Source: a virus | Lineage: Duplodnaviria > Caudoviricetes | DNA length: 64,000 nucleotides | Reading direction: 5' to 3' (one strand) | IMG/VR virus record: IMGVR_UViG_3300007747_000009 | Location: 32,001-96,000 of that record | Shown here: positions 28,900 through 38,512 of the stretch, piece after piece | Layout: the number at the start of each line of letters is the position of its first letter | Numbering within the stretch: position 1 is the first letter of the stretch | Notes under the pieces: model-generated | Told to the model about the DNA's origin: nothing | The model's database searches: none | Seen by the model: only the letters and a program-made list of their open reading frames with translations | Program-made: the position numbers and the translations under genes

Positions 28900-29572
28900 T
28901 TATACAAAATTACGTACCAAAGTACTTGGAATCATCGAAGGGTTGGCTTTATCTAATCCTGAATACAATAAATTACGTAAGCTACTTATCTTATGTGAAC
29001 AAGTACATTCCGGTTCTCGTAAAGATGGTAGTAAAGAATTTAGCCACCAACTTGAAATGATTGCATTCGCCCTCACTTATCATACTCAATTAGAGTCACC
29101 ACTTGAAGTGTACTTGGCTATTCTAATTCATGATGTAATAGAGGACTATCCGGGGATGCGTTTAGCTATTGAACGTGACTTCCCAGAGGAATTAAAGTAC
29201 AGTGACCGTTTATCCAAGTTCAAAGACCCTGATGGTGGATATGGATTGTACTTCGCTAATCTAAGTACTTGTCCAATCTGTAGTATTGCTAAACTGATCG
29301 ACCGTGTACACAATCTAAGTACTGCACCCGGTGTATTCAAAACTGCTAAGATTCTTGAGTACTGTAAAGAAACTGAACAATACTATTTCGAATTGATTCG
29401 CATGTGCAAAGAGAACTTTACGAATCGTAATGTATATGAGAACTTGAAGTTCATTCTTACTACACAGGTTAATACTATTCAGTCCTTAGTTCCACAAGAA
29501 CAAAATGAAGTATATCAAACTTCTATTGAATTATATAAATTGAATACAATAAAGGTTGATAAAAATGAATAG
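28886..29572 (+). CDS. HD-domain (p)ppGpp hydrolase-like protein (small alarmone hydrolase/Mesh1 type)
   Basis: HSGSRKDG..EFSH, LIHDVIED, KLIDRVHNL. Confidence 0.8.
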   Translation: MPKTDYTKLRTKVLGIIEGLALSNPEYNKLRKLLILCEQVHSGSRKDGSKEFSHQLEMIAFALTYHTQLESPLEVYLAILIHDVIEDYPGMRLAIERDFPEELKYSDRLSKFKDPDGGYGLYFANLSTCPICSIAKLIDRVHNLSTAPGVFKTAKILEYCKETEQYYFELIRMCKENFTNRNVYENLKFILTTQVNTIQSLVPQEQNEVYQTSIELYKLNTIKVDKNE

Positions 29573-29786
29573 TGGATTTAAAACGTTAATTTGGTTTAAT
29601 CGCCTTGCAATGGTATTAATTTATTTTATTATGTTTTCCACCTTTATTGCCGTTTCAACGATTGAAATTGGTTCTTTATTTTTATTATGTGCCATTGGTT
29701 GCATTTTGTTATTAGGTGCAGGATGTTTTGCAATACAGATCCTAGAAGAGATTAACAAGGAGCTTAAAAATGGACCAACCCTCTAG
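29565..29786 (+). CDS. small membrane protein
   Basis: Two hydrophobic segments. Confidence 0.65.
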   Translation: MNSGFKTLIWFNRLAMVLIYFIMFSTFIAVSTIEIGSLFLLCAIGCILLLGAGCFAIQILEEINKELKNGPTL

Positions 29787-29937
29787 AGAAAGATGTCCGT
29801 ACTGCCATACTGACGTTGAAACGTATGAGTACTTTACTGAGTGCGTAGGACAGTACGGGAGAAATGTTGTATCCCATACTGTCTGTACTGAATGTGGTGA
29901 GCAACTAAAAGAAAAATTAGTTGACAAGGATATCTAG
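29770..29937 (+). CDS. small Zn-ribbon protein (55 aa)
   Basis: AAGGAG RBS; CPYC...CTEC; not in the ORF track. Confidence 0.65.
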   Translation: MDQPSRERCPYCHTDVETYEYFTECVGQYGRNVVSHTVCTECGEQLKEKLVDKDI

Positions 29938-29963
29938 CCTGTTATAATACAGGCTATATTTTT
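29921..29963 (+). promoter_or_regulatory. sigma70 promoter whose -10 box is the loop of a hairpin
   Basis: TTGACA 29921-29926; TAGCCTGT-TATAAT-ACAGGCTA 29935-29956, then a T-rich tail. Confidence 0.8.
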
Positions 29964-29980
29964 AATTAAACGGGGTTACC

Positions 29981-30556
29981 ATGACATTTGAAGAAGCAGA
30001 TTATGCAAACTTTAACAACGCATTGGAATCTTTCGAATTTCTAATAAGTAAAAGTTCAGAAAATGAACCATTGAACCATATTGGTTTTTATAACAAAAAT
30101 GACAGGTACTCTAGAACTGATGAAACTGAAACTCATCAGATTTATTACCGTCTAAAAACGAAACCTTCCATTATTGCGTATAATAAAGCAATATCTATGT
30201 CTCTGTTTTCGTTTGAATCATTTAATATTGGATTATTAACAAGTACTAATTTAATCCGGTATAATTGTTATGAAAATAATTGGATGATTCGTATTGAAAC
30301 AAACAATACTAAATTCACAATAATAGATAGTACTGAAAAGATTGAGCTGGATATAACAAGTGAAGCCGATTTATTTCAGTTCACTCTTCTATGTCCATCA
30401 TTTCCAGAGTACTTATTTGATTTTGCAAGAAAATCTATGCATCTTATTAGTACATCTGATGATATTAATAAAGTACTTTTAAAAAGTGAACGTTGTATTA
30501 TAGATTTAGGTATTGCGAATTTAAGAGAAGAGTACAATAGAGTTTATAAGGAGTAG
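29981..30556 (+). CDS. FQxS-family paralog (second cluster)
   Basis: MTFEEADYA...EADLFQFTLL. Confidence 0.8.
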   Translation: MTFEEADYANFNNALESFEFLISKSSENEPLNHIGFYNKNDRYSRTDETETHQIYYRLKTKPSIIAYNKAISMSLFSFESFNIGLLTSTNLIRYNCYENNWMIRIETNNTKFTIIDSTEKIELDITSEADLFQFTLLCPSFPEYLFDFARKSMHLISTSDDINKVLLKSERCIIDLGIANLREEYNRVYKE

Positions 30557-30588
30557 TAAGGCAGGTTTAATCACAAGGAATGTGAACG

Positions 30589-31320
30589 ATGTTAGATCGA
30601 ATTAAATTTGCTATGGAGTTATCCAACGAATTGAACATGGGTAGTTTTCAAGCACTAAATCCAATTATGGCTGAATACGCAACTGCGGCGGCAACGGCTG
30701 GGGTACAGTGTGGACAAGCAAACCTATTGGCAGATGTTTATAGTGAAGCACAGAGTACTCAATACTCGGTTAAATCCTATAAAGATAAGTTCGTTGGAAT
30801 GTATATGAATGGGGAAGTACAAGAAGAAAGACGCTTCACTGATTTTATTATTGAACGCCGTGTTTCTGGTGTATCTAATCCGAATGCTGAACCAGATAAA
30901 GTACTTGAAGAAGTACTACAAGATATCATGGAAAATGAGCAAAAGAGTAAGGAAAAGTATAATGTACAGAGTACTGAAACAGTGTTATTAGGTTATTCGG
31001 AAGATGACAAGTACTTCTATTTCAGGTTAACTGAAGTTCCATATGTATACGATTTTCCAAGTAGTGTAAGTGAAAAGAATTTTACTGAACGTAGTAAAAA
31101 CTTTCATAAGCACGAAGGAAATAGAAGAAGTATTGATGGGTATAATGAAGATGGTGTACAGGTGTACGAATGGGTGCATCCTAATAATTCAACATATACA
31201 CGTTGTTTGAAGAAGCGTTATGATTTACAAGATGCAGATTCATTTTACTTCAAAATAGAAAAACAAAAATATCTAAGACCTGATGAAAGTACTCTAATGG
31301 GTATGGTTTCATTGATGTAA
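30589..31320 (+). CDS. hypothetical protein
   Basis: Long ORF. Confidence 0.8.
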   Translation: MLDRIKFAMELSNELNMGSFQALNPIMAEYATAAATAGVQCGQANLLADVYSEAQSTQYSVKSYKDKFVGMYMNGEVQEERRFTDFIIERRVSGVSNPNAEPDKVLEEVLQDIMENEQKSKEKYNVQSTETVLLGYSEDDKYFYFRLTEVPYVYDFPSSVSEKNFTERSKNFHKHEGNRRSIDGYNEDGVQVYEWVHPNNSTYTRCLKKRYDLQDADSFYFKIEKQKYLRPDESTLMGMVSLM

Positions 31321-31327
31321 TTTTTAT

Positions 31328-31354
31328 GTACACGGTTCGCCGTGTACTATTTTT
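31328..31354 (+). terminator. intrinsic terminator with a UUCG loop
   Basis: GTACACGG-ttcg-CCGTGTAC-TATTTTT. Confidence 0.8.
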
Positions 31355-31370
31355 AATTAACGGAGATTTT

Positions 31371-31670
31371 ATGAGTTATAATATTCGAATGGTTCCTAAT
31401 GATGTATGGTTTCAAATAGAAGCGAAATATGTTGATCATAATTCAGTAGTGTATAAAAAACCGGAAGGTAAGAGTTATACATTATTCGACTATGTTACTG
31501 TTGGTGACACTACTGTACAATCTACCCCTGACACTAAATTTTTATATTCAGGTAATCATAACTACCAAAGTATATCTAGTTCTACTGTATTTTGGATTAA
31601 AGCCAGTTTAAATGATATATATGAATTAGTTGATGAAATTGATTCTATGGGAAGCGACTGGGATAAATGA
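31371..31670 (+). CDS. hypothetical protein
   Basis: GGAG RBS before ATG 31371. Confidence 0.75.
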   Translation: MSYNIRMVPNDVWFQIEAKYVDHNSVVYKKPEGKSYTLFDYVTVGDTTVQSTPDTKFLYSGNHNYQSISSSTVFWIKASLNDIYELVDEIDSMGSDWDK

Positions 31671-32218
31671 TTATGTATAGTGAAAACATTAAAGTACTTC
31701 TTGATTTATATAAGTTGTTTTTCAATCACGAGTTACAGTCTACTCTTATGTTGAATGAACCAGAAATTATGTATAAATTAGATGGTTTAAATAGAATTCA
31801 CTGGACTGGTCATTTTCTAAAAATAATTATTGATAATTATCCAATTACTATTGGTCCAAATCTTCTACCACAACAACACGAATCAGTTAATTTTAAAAAT
31901 GTAGCTTCTTTCTTAACTAAAAGATTAACAATAGTTTTAAACTCTCCAAATTTATATACTAATATCGGAGATGAACTTATAAGTACTCATTCCTTTCTGA
32001 ACGAAGAGGTACATTTCCAGTACTCTACGGTAATTAACATTCCAGATTTAGATATAATTCAGGATATGTGTTACGTCTGTGATGAAATTATAAAAATGAA
32101 TTTGTACTATTCTGGTACATATCAAGTTCCATACCAATTTAATTTAAAATCAATTCTCAGGTATTTGAAGAAAACATATCCAGAGAAAGACGGACACCAT
32201 TGGAGTTTAGATGATTAG
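31667..32218 (+). CDS. FQxS-family paralog
   Basis: EEVHFQYSTVI. Confidence 0.8.
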   Translation: MIMYSENIKVLLDLYKLFFNHELQSTLMLNEPEIMYKLDGLNRIHWTGHFLKIIIDNYPITIGPNLLPQQHESVNFKNVASFLTKRLTIVLNSPNLYTNIGDELISTHSFLNEEVHFQYSTVINIPDLDIIQDMCYVCDEIIKMNLYYSGTYQVPYQFNLKSILRYLKKTYPEKDGHHWSLDD

Positions 32219-32795
32219 TTTAAATGAACTGAAAAGTATTTTAGACACTACTTATGATATTATAAAATATGGCGAATCTTCCAAAAAAACTGAGTGCATT
32301 GAGGAAATAAATTCAGGAATTCTTCATCAACATTATATAACATATACAAGTCGTTTTCATGATAAAATGAAACCATCATATCAGTACTACAGCAGAGATT
32401 CAGAATCGAATAGAGGGGACTGTTTAATTTCTGAAATTGTAATTGAATCATATACCGAAGAAGATAACATTGGTATTTCATATATTTTTATTAAGAATGA
32501 TGGAGCATATGAATTAAATCTTTTTCCAAAAAGTATTGATGAAATTCAATTTAGAGTACCCGGATATAAAGTACTACTTAGTGAAATACTTAATGATCCT
32601 GCACTTCTTTTTCAGATTAGTACATTACATGAAGTTCCTGAAATTGAATTTTTATTAAATTTAAGTACTATTGTACAAGAACTAAAAATTAAAATGATGA
32701 ACTATAAGTATAAAACTTATTGCTCTATTACAAAAAAGATGCCCTCTAATAATTATATTCATAAATTTCATGATAAGATGGAAGGTAAATTATAA
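32211..32795 (+). CDS. FQxS-family paralog
   Basis: PALLFQISTLH. Confidence 0.8.
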   Translation: MISLNELKSILDTTYDIIKYGESSKKTECIEEINSGILHQHYITYTSRFHDKMKPSYQYYSRDSESNRGDCLISEIVIESYTEEDNIGISYIFIKNDGAYELNLFPKSIDEIQFRVPGYKVLLSEILNDPALLFQISTLHEVPEIEFLLNLSTIVQELKIKMMNYKYKTYCSITKKMPSNNYIHKFHDKMEGKL

Positions 32796-33389
32796 ATGAT
32801 TGATTTCAAAAATTTATACCATATGATAAATTGTAGTTTAGATGCAATGGAAGAAGGTAAATTTGTTAGTGACATCTTTGAACATTCAGTAATTGATTCT
32901 AATAATATAACTCATAGACATAAACTTGTGTATATAAAAAGCAAAGATAAATTATCCCCGCTTTATTCATATAGGTCGAATAGTGCTAGTACTAAATCTT
33001 TTAATTATACAATTGAAGAATACAATAAAGACGCATCACACTATCCCGCAACCGATACCAATTTATATATTTCGATGGATAAAGATTACAAATCATTCGC
33101 GTTGTATCCGAATAAACTAGATGATATTAAAGTAACACTAGTTGAAAATAATATGGTTCAGGCTGAATTAAATTTGAACGATCTACTTCACGAAGAATAT
33201 CATTTTCAAACTAGTACTATATATAATCTTCCTAGCTATGATTTATTGTATGATTTTTCTAAAATGATACAGAAATTAAGAGGGAGATTATTAAACAAAA
33301 ACTATAAAATAGTAGGGAGATTGCCTACTGTGATAACCAATAACTATTCAGAAGAATTTCTTACAAAAATAATAAGGATTAACTCGTGA
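32796..33389 (+). CDS. FQxS-family paralog
   Basis: EEYHFQTSTIY. Confidence 0.8.
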   Translation: MIDFKNLYHMINCSLDAMEEGKFVSDIFEHSVIDSNNITHRHKLVYIKSKDKLSPLYSYRSNSASTKSFNYTIEEYNKDASHYPATDTNLYISMDKDYKSFALYPNKLDDIKVTLVENNMVQAELNLNDLLHEEYHFQTSTIYNLPSYDLLYDFSKMIQKLRGRLLNKNYKIVGRLPTVITNNYSEEFLTKIIRINS

Positions 33390-33910
33390 CCAATAGAGAT
33401 GTTAAATCAATGGTGGTGTACCTTCATGATCTTTATCTTGAATCATTAACGAATACCGATCCTTTCCATGAAGAGATTATTGGTACATGTAAATTATCAG
33501 TAACACACAAACAATGTACTATCACGGAACAAAGTCCCGTTAAAATGAAAATAGCACTACTAGATGGAATTAGTGATATCTATTCAAAAATATTCTGTAA
33601 TAAGTCATTTCCTAGTATAGTTATTTCTCCGGGGTCGTACAATAAGGTGGTTATTATGGGGGGTGAATTGAAAAAGCACAAACCCGTAGGTACTGAATCT
33701 GATGATATAACCATTGATATTATGAATTTGGATGAATCTATGTTATTTCAACTAAGTACTGTAAGAGAAATTCCAGACATTTCGGTATTCGAAAAGATAC
33801 AAAAATATTATGAATCTCTTTATAAATTTTGTTCCATGTACAAAAAAACTCTTATTTTAAATCTTTCAATGAATTGGGACGATATTTTTAGCACAGGAGA
33901 AGAGAAATGA
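33386..33910 (+). CDS. FQxS-family paralog
   Basis: ESMLFQLSTV. Confidence 0.8.
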   Translation: MTNRDVKSMVVYLHDLYLESLTNTDPFHEEIIGTCKLSVTHKQCTITEQSPVKMKIALLDGISDIYSKIFCNKSFPSIVISPGSYNKVVIMGGELKKHKPVGTESDDITIDIMNLDESMLFQLSTVREIPDISVFEKIQKYYESLYKFCSMYKKTLILNLSMNWDDIFSTGEEK

Positions 33911-34557
33911 AAAATATACAATCTTTATTATTTTATTTTGAAATGATCAATCAATGGCGTGGATTTTCAAATATGCAGAGCATATTTTCACTAACCCCTA
34001 GTGTCAAATATGCTAAGATGTTTGACGAAGTATATTACGGTTTAAGTCATGAACAAAGTAAGTACGAACTATATATTACTTCTAATAAAAATACTGGTGC
34101 TATTGGTTTTATGGTTGAAGACAGGGATTTAAACGCTCCAGTACTATTTGGTAATCTTCAGGATTGGGGAAATTCTACTAGAATGTATCCAGAATGGATG
34201 AAGGTTCAAATGGAATCAACACAATTAGCTTTTTATGATAAAAATAATAAAATAATAATGAACGTAGATCCTGAAATATTGGAAGAAGAACACTTCCAAC
34301 TAATGATGATTCATGATTTACCACCATTCGAAACATTACATAAAGCAATTGATGTTAATAATTACTTACGACCAATAGCTAAGAAACACAAAATTGGATT
34401 TTCAATAGATTATGCACATCTAGATATGGACTTTACTTATTTTTTTCCTAGTAATAAAGCATTCGATATTATCGATTCTGTATATGGTAATGCATTACAA
34501 TTATATTATGAGGCAGAAGAACATGGCAATCCCTTCAACTACTACGTTATATCATGA
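33907..34557 (+). CDS. FQxS-family paralog
   Basis: EEEHFQLMMIH. Confidence 0.8.
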   Translation: MKNIQSLLFYFEMINQWRGFSNMQSIFSLTPSVKYAKMFDEVYYGLSHEQSKYELYITSNKNTGAIGFMVEDRDLNAPVLFGNLQDWGNSTRMYPEWMKVQMESTQLAFYDKNNKIIMNVDPEILEEEHFQLMMIHDLPPFETLHKAIDVNNYLRPIAKKHKIGFSIDYAHLDMDFTYFFPSNKAFDIIDSVYGNALQLYYEAEEHGNPFNYYVIS

Positions 34558-35674
34558 GTTATTAGAACTTTGTAACAAAAATGAAGCATTTTATTTTAAT
34601 GATTCAGTATCAAAAGGTGGTGGTAAATATCGCACCTTTACATACCGGTTAGCATCATATACTGACTTCTTACAGCCAAGTGCTTTGAGTTGTCGTGGTA
34701 CTATGTTTGAAATCGATGAAAACGGTAATACAATCCGTATGGCATGTCGTACTCCACAGAAATTTTTCAATGCGTACGAAAATCCTATGGTCATGTTCCC
34801 TACCGATTTACTCAGTACTGAAATCACCCTCGCAATGGATAAACGTGACGGTTCTATTATCAGTACTTTTATGGATAATGATAAAGTTATCCGTACTAAG
34901 TCTCAAACATCGATGCACAGCGAACATGCGGTGAATTCTACGGCTTTAATCCACGCCGATGATGAATTGCACCAAGGAATCATTGAAGCTGACAGCGAGG
35001 GTTATACGGTGAATTTGGAATATACTTCCCCTGAGTTCAGAATTGTGTTACCATATCAAACTGATGAATTGGTGGTATTAAATCTACGTCACCGCGAAAC
35101 GGGTGAGCTATTGGCAGGTGAAGAGTTAAAAGCTCGTTTCCCTGTTCTATACAACAAATCAGTATTTTCTTTGTATGGAAATATTGACAAAACCTTCCCG
35201 ATGTGTAATACTATCAGGGAATCTGTTGATGCAGTTTTCCGTATGACTGATATCGAGGGTTTTGTCGTGCAACTTAAAGATGGAACCATGTTTAAGATCA
35301 AGACTGATTGGTATTGTGCATTACACTTCCGAAAGGATAGTATTAATGTGGATTCCCGATTATATGAAGTAGTACTAGTAGGTGCATCAGATGATTTACG
35401 TCAAATGTTTGCAACTGATCAGTACTGTCTTGATAAAATTGCACGAATGGAAAAGCTAGTATTTTCAACATACAATCATTTACAAACTGAAGTTGAAGAG
35501 TTTGTGGAGAAGTACAAAAAACTTGGTCGAAAAGATTTTGCATTACAGGTACAACTGGATTTGTCCAAAAAACTCAATCGTCAAGGATTAGCTTTTGCAC
35601 TATATAATGGCAAGAAAGTTGATTACAAAGAAGTAATGTTGAAGTACATGAGAGATGTGTTAGAAAACTTCTAA
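34523..35674 (+). CDS. rnlA: RNA ligase 1 (T4 Rnl1/gp63-like)
   Basis: YRLASY..F, CRGTMFE, KFFN, KRDGSII (motif I), EY.SP..RIV, EGFV, FKIKTDWY. Confidence 0.9.
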   Translation: MAIPSTTTLYHELLELCNKNEAFYFNDSVSKGGGKYRTFTYRLASYTDFLQPSALSCRGTMFEIDENGNTIRMACRTPQKFFNAYENPMVMFPTDLLSTEITLAMDKRDGSIISTFMDNDKVIRTKSQTSMHSEHAVNSTALIHADDELHQGIIEADSEGYTVNLEYTSPEFRIVLPYQTDELVVLNLRHRETGELLAGEELKARFPVLYNKSVFSLYGNIDKTFPMCNTIRESVDAVFRMTDIEGFVVQLKDGTMFKIKTDWYCALHFRKDSINVDSRLYEVVLVGASDDLRQMFATDQYCLDKIARMEKLVFSTYNHLQTEVEEFVEKYKKLGRKDFALQVQLDLSKKLNRQGLAFALYNGKKVDYKEVMLKYMRDVLENF

Positions 35675-35701
35675 TACATTAAGCCAAGACATGGAGAAGT
35701 T

Positions 35702-35965
35702 ATGGCTAACACAAAATATAAACTTGCTAAAGGGGCTGTTCGCACACCAGAAGAACATAGAAAAGTACTACAAGAAATTGACGCATTACAGTCATCAAGA
35801 TCCTTACAAGGGGTTAAGAAGAGTAAAAAGCGTATAGCCAATACATTTGGTGTAAGTAGTACTATGTATAAGAAGGATCACAAGCCCAAGAAGCCGAAAC
35901 AAGAAAGAATCTATGATAAAAATAGATTCATTCAAAACATGGGGAGAACAGACTACCGTGACTAA
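35702..35965 (+). CDS. basic hypothetical protein
   Basis: GGAG RBS, Lys/Arg-rich. Confidence 0.7.
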   Translation: MANTKYKLAKGAVRTPEEHRKVLQEIDALQSSRSLQGVKKSKKRIANTFGVSSTMYKKDHKPKKPKQERIYDKNRFIQNMGRTDYRD

Positions 35966-36185
35966 TCAAACTGTATCAGTACTAACCATCAATTATCACG
36001 ATGAAAAATGGTTTTGCATTGAATCACGTGCTGGTTGTAAGTATAACGATATGCAAGATATTTACAATCATTGTATTGGAATTGGTAATAAGATTTTCAG
36101 TATAAACAATAATTTGTACTTTGATTCGGAAGCATTTTTCAATATAGATTTAATGTTTTCTACATACGACTTTATCACAATTTAG
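35958..36185 (+). CDS. hypothetical protein
   Basis: Probable GTG start overlapping the previous stop. Confidence 0.55.
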   Translation: MTNQTVSVLTINYHDEKWFCIESRAGCKYNDMQDIYNHCIGIGNKIFSINNNLYFDSEAFFNIDLMFSTYDFITI

Positions 36186-36196
36186 GAGAAGTAATC

Positions 36197-36466
36197 ATGA
36201 AATTATATGTAACTCACAGTATCATTCGCGATATGTCCGTAGTTAAATTTTTCTCATTAGATGATTATCGTCGTTGTATAGCTTTCTTGCATAAAGAGAA
36301 GCAGGAATGGATCCCATTAAAATATAGTTCAAAAAATAACACAGCCAGTATTCGGGTAGGTGAAGTTGAATTGAATTGTATTATCAATAAATTTGGAGAT
36401 AAACAAAATGCCAGTACTAACACTAACAGTGGGACTACCGGGTTGCGGGAAGACGACGTGGGCTAA
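36197..36466 (+). CDS. hypothetical protein
   Basis: AGGAG RBS. Confidence 0.6.
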   Translation: MKLYVTHSIIRDMSVVKFFSLDDYRRCIAFLHKEKQEWIPLKYSSKNNTASIRVGEVELNCIINKFGDKQNASTNTNSGTTGLREDDVG

Positions 36467-37337
36467 CGAACAAGTTCGCACTGCAAAATCTAAAACCGTA
36501 AACGTCAACCTTGATGACGTTCGCCAGACAATGGCAGGTACACATAGTAACTACAAATTCCGTAAAGATAACGAAGAGTACGTACGTTCGGTACAGTGCA
36601 GTTCAGCGGAATATGCAGTTCAAAATAAATGGAACATCGTTGTATCTGACACAAACTTGAATCCTGAAGTACGCAAGAAATGGAAAGAGTTCGCAACGGA
36701 ACACGGATATACTTACAAAGAACATAACTTTTTTACAGAGTACAAGAAAGATAAAACTTTTGAACACGAATTCTTTGCTATCAAAGGCTTCGTTAAACAA
36801 TGTAAAGAACGTAACCTTCTTCGTGAGAAATCAGTACCTGAATCAGTAATCGATGATATGGCAGAAAAGTACTTGTACACTTTTGATAAAGTTATGAATA
36901 CTCCCGAAGTACTTGCTAGTACTGAAGAATATATCATCGTTGATGTTGATGGTACGGTTGCACACATGCATAACCGTAGTCCTTACAACGAAACCAAAGT
37001 CCGTGATGATCTTCCAGATCCTGAAGTAATCCTTTCAGTACTAGCTGAAAAGAACTACTTGGGTCGTAAGGTTATCGTGTTCAGTGGTCGTAAAGAAGCA
37101 ACGATGGAAGATACGAAAGCATGGTTCAACGATCATAATGTTCCATATGACTTTATGTTCATGAGGGCAACCGATGACAACCGCAGTGATGATATCGTAA
37201 AATATGAGTTGTATATGCAGCATGTTTATGGTAAGCTTAACGTTGTTAAAGTTTATGATGACCGGGAAAAAGTTTGCCAAATGTGGAGAGAATTAATCGG
37301 TCTTAAAGTCTTTCAAGTTGAGCCGGGGAAATTTTAG
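36408..37337 (+). CDS. pseT: polynucleotide 5'-kinase/3'-phosphatase
   Basis: P-loop GLPGCGKTT; HAD motif DVDGT; SGR, DDR. Confidence 0.93.
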   Translation: MPVLTLTVGLPGCGKTTWANEQVRTAKSKTVNVNLDDVRQTMAGTHSNYKFRKDNEEYVRSVQCSSAEYAVQNKWNIVVSDTNLNPEVRKKWKEFATEHGYTYKEHNFFTEYKKDKTFEHEFFAIKGFVKQCKERNLLREKSVPESVIDDMAEKYLYTFDKVMNTPEVLASTEEYIIVDVDGTVAHMHNRSPYNETKVRDDLPDPEVILSVLAEKNYLGRKVIVFSGRKEATMEDTKAWFNDHNVPYDFMFMRATDDNRSDDIVKYELYMQHVYGKLNVVKVYDDREKVCQMWRELIGLKVFQVEPGKF

Positions 37338-37990
37338 TTTTTAAATTTACATTTATTAAAATGGTAGCGGGTCATGTTTGGTCCCGCACCATTCTTTAAG
37401 CAATGTGGACATTCTTGTGTTGGGAACACCCGACCATTATTAGCAGCACTAATTTTAGCTTTAGCTTCATCTGATGTTTTCTTACCGAGTCTGGATGGAA
37501 CCCATAAAGGATTATTTTCTCTCTTTTCCTTCATTGAACGTTTAGCTTCATCTGACAACTTAACACCAGATTTAGTACTGCTAATCTTTTTCTTTGTCTC
37601 TTCAGTTATAACTTGTTTAGCACGAGCAGCTTTCAACTTAGCTATATGTTCAGGTGATAATTTTCTACCTGTCATACCACGAGATTGTGGTCTGTTTGAA
37701 TTATAATTACGCTTAATCCATCCAAATAATTTATTATTATTACGTCTACCATTTGGTTCGATAGTCATCATAAACAAAGCATACTTAAGACCTTTATGCT
37801 CTGGGTAAATTTTAACCAATAACTGGTGTGCTAAAAAGTGTTCTTCCGGTGTTAATGCTACCATATTATCTTTTGTATCAGCTCCACCAAAACATTTAGG
37901 AATGATGTGGTGTTTTTCTGTGTACTGATTTTCTAATAAATTTGTTTTTCTTTTATTCATCAGATTATCATAGATTTTATTGTAATTCAT
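37334..37990 (-). mobile_element. free-standing HNH homing endonuclease with NUMOD3 repeats
   Basis: HHIIP..GG.D..N.V.LT.EEH..AH; three GxKxSxExxxK repeats; C-terminal CPHC...H..C; AGGAG RBS. Confidence 0.88.
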
Positions 37991-38041
37991 GTAATTCTCC
38001 TGTATAATCTGTATTTACACATTAATTTAAGTGAGGGATAT

Positions 38042-38512
38042 ATGATCGATTTTCATCAAAGTGTTCGTAAGTTTGAAGTACTACAAAGTTTTCAATTAGC
38101 CCTAGAGTACCATATTGTAAAATACATTTTTGGTCTTAAGACTAGCTCTGGGATAATTTATTCATATAAATGGATCTCAAATGGTCAGAGATTTGAAATA
38201 CTTGCAAGTGATGAAAATGGTTATTTATCCGCGTACAGCGAACTTCCGTCTGAGTTGGAATTTATATCTGGATTACATTTGGACATACAAAAAATAATTA
38301 ACAAAATGAACATTATTATAGGTAATTTAAATGATAAAGTTATAGGTCTTAAATTGGTTAAACTAAAAGATAATGAAATTATCAATACAGCAAGAATTGA
38401 TAATGTTTTTTTTAATACAAGTAGTACTTTAAATTTTCTTATGAATGTTAGTACTGGATCTTTTTATTGTACCTATGGGCAACTTATGAAGGAATGGAAG
38501 TTTGTATGGTAG
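38042..38512 (+). CDS. hypothetical protein (second paralog family)
   Basis: C-terminal K.IG.K...I..V.F pattern shared with neighbours. Confidence 0.7.
   Translation: MIDFHQSVRKFEVLQSFQLALEYHIVKYIFGLKTSSGIIYSYKWISNGQRFEILASDENGYLSAYSELPSELEFISGLHLDIQKIINKMNIIIGNLNDKVIGLKLVKLKDNEIINTARIDNVFFNTSSTLNFLMNVSTGSFYCTYGQLMKEWKFVW

Noticed and set aside
37374-37706. 110-aa + strand ORF
   Set aside because: Antisense shadow of the HNH endonuclease.
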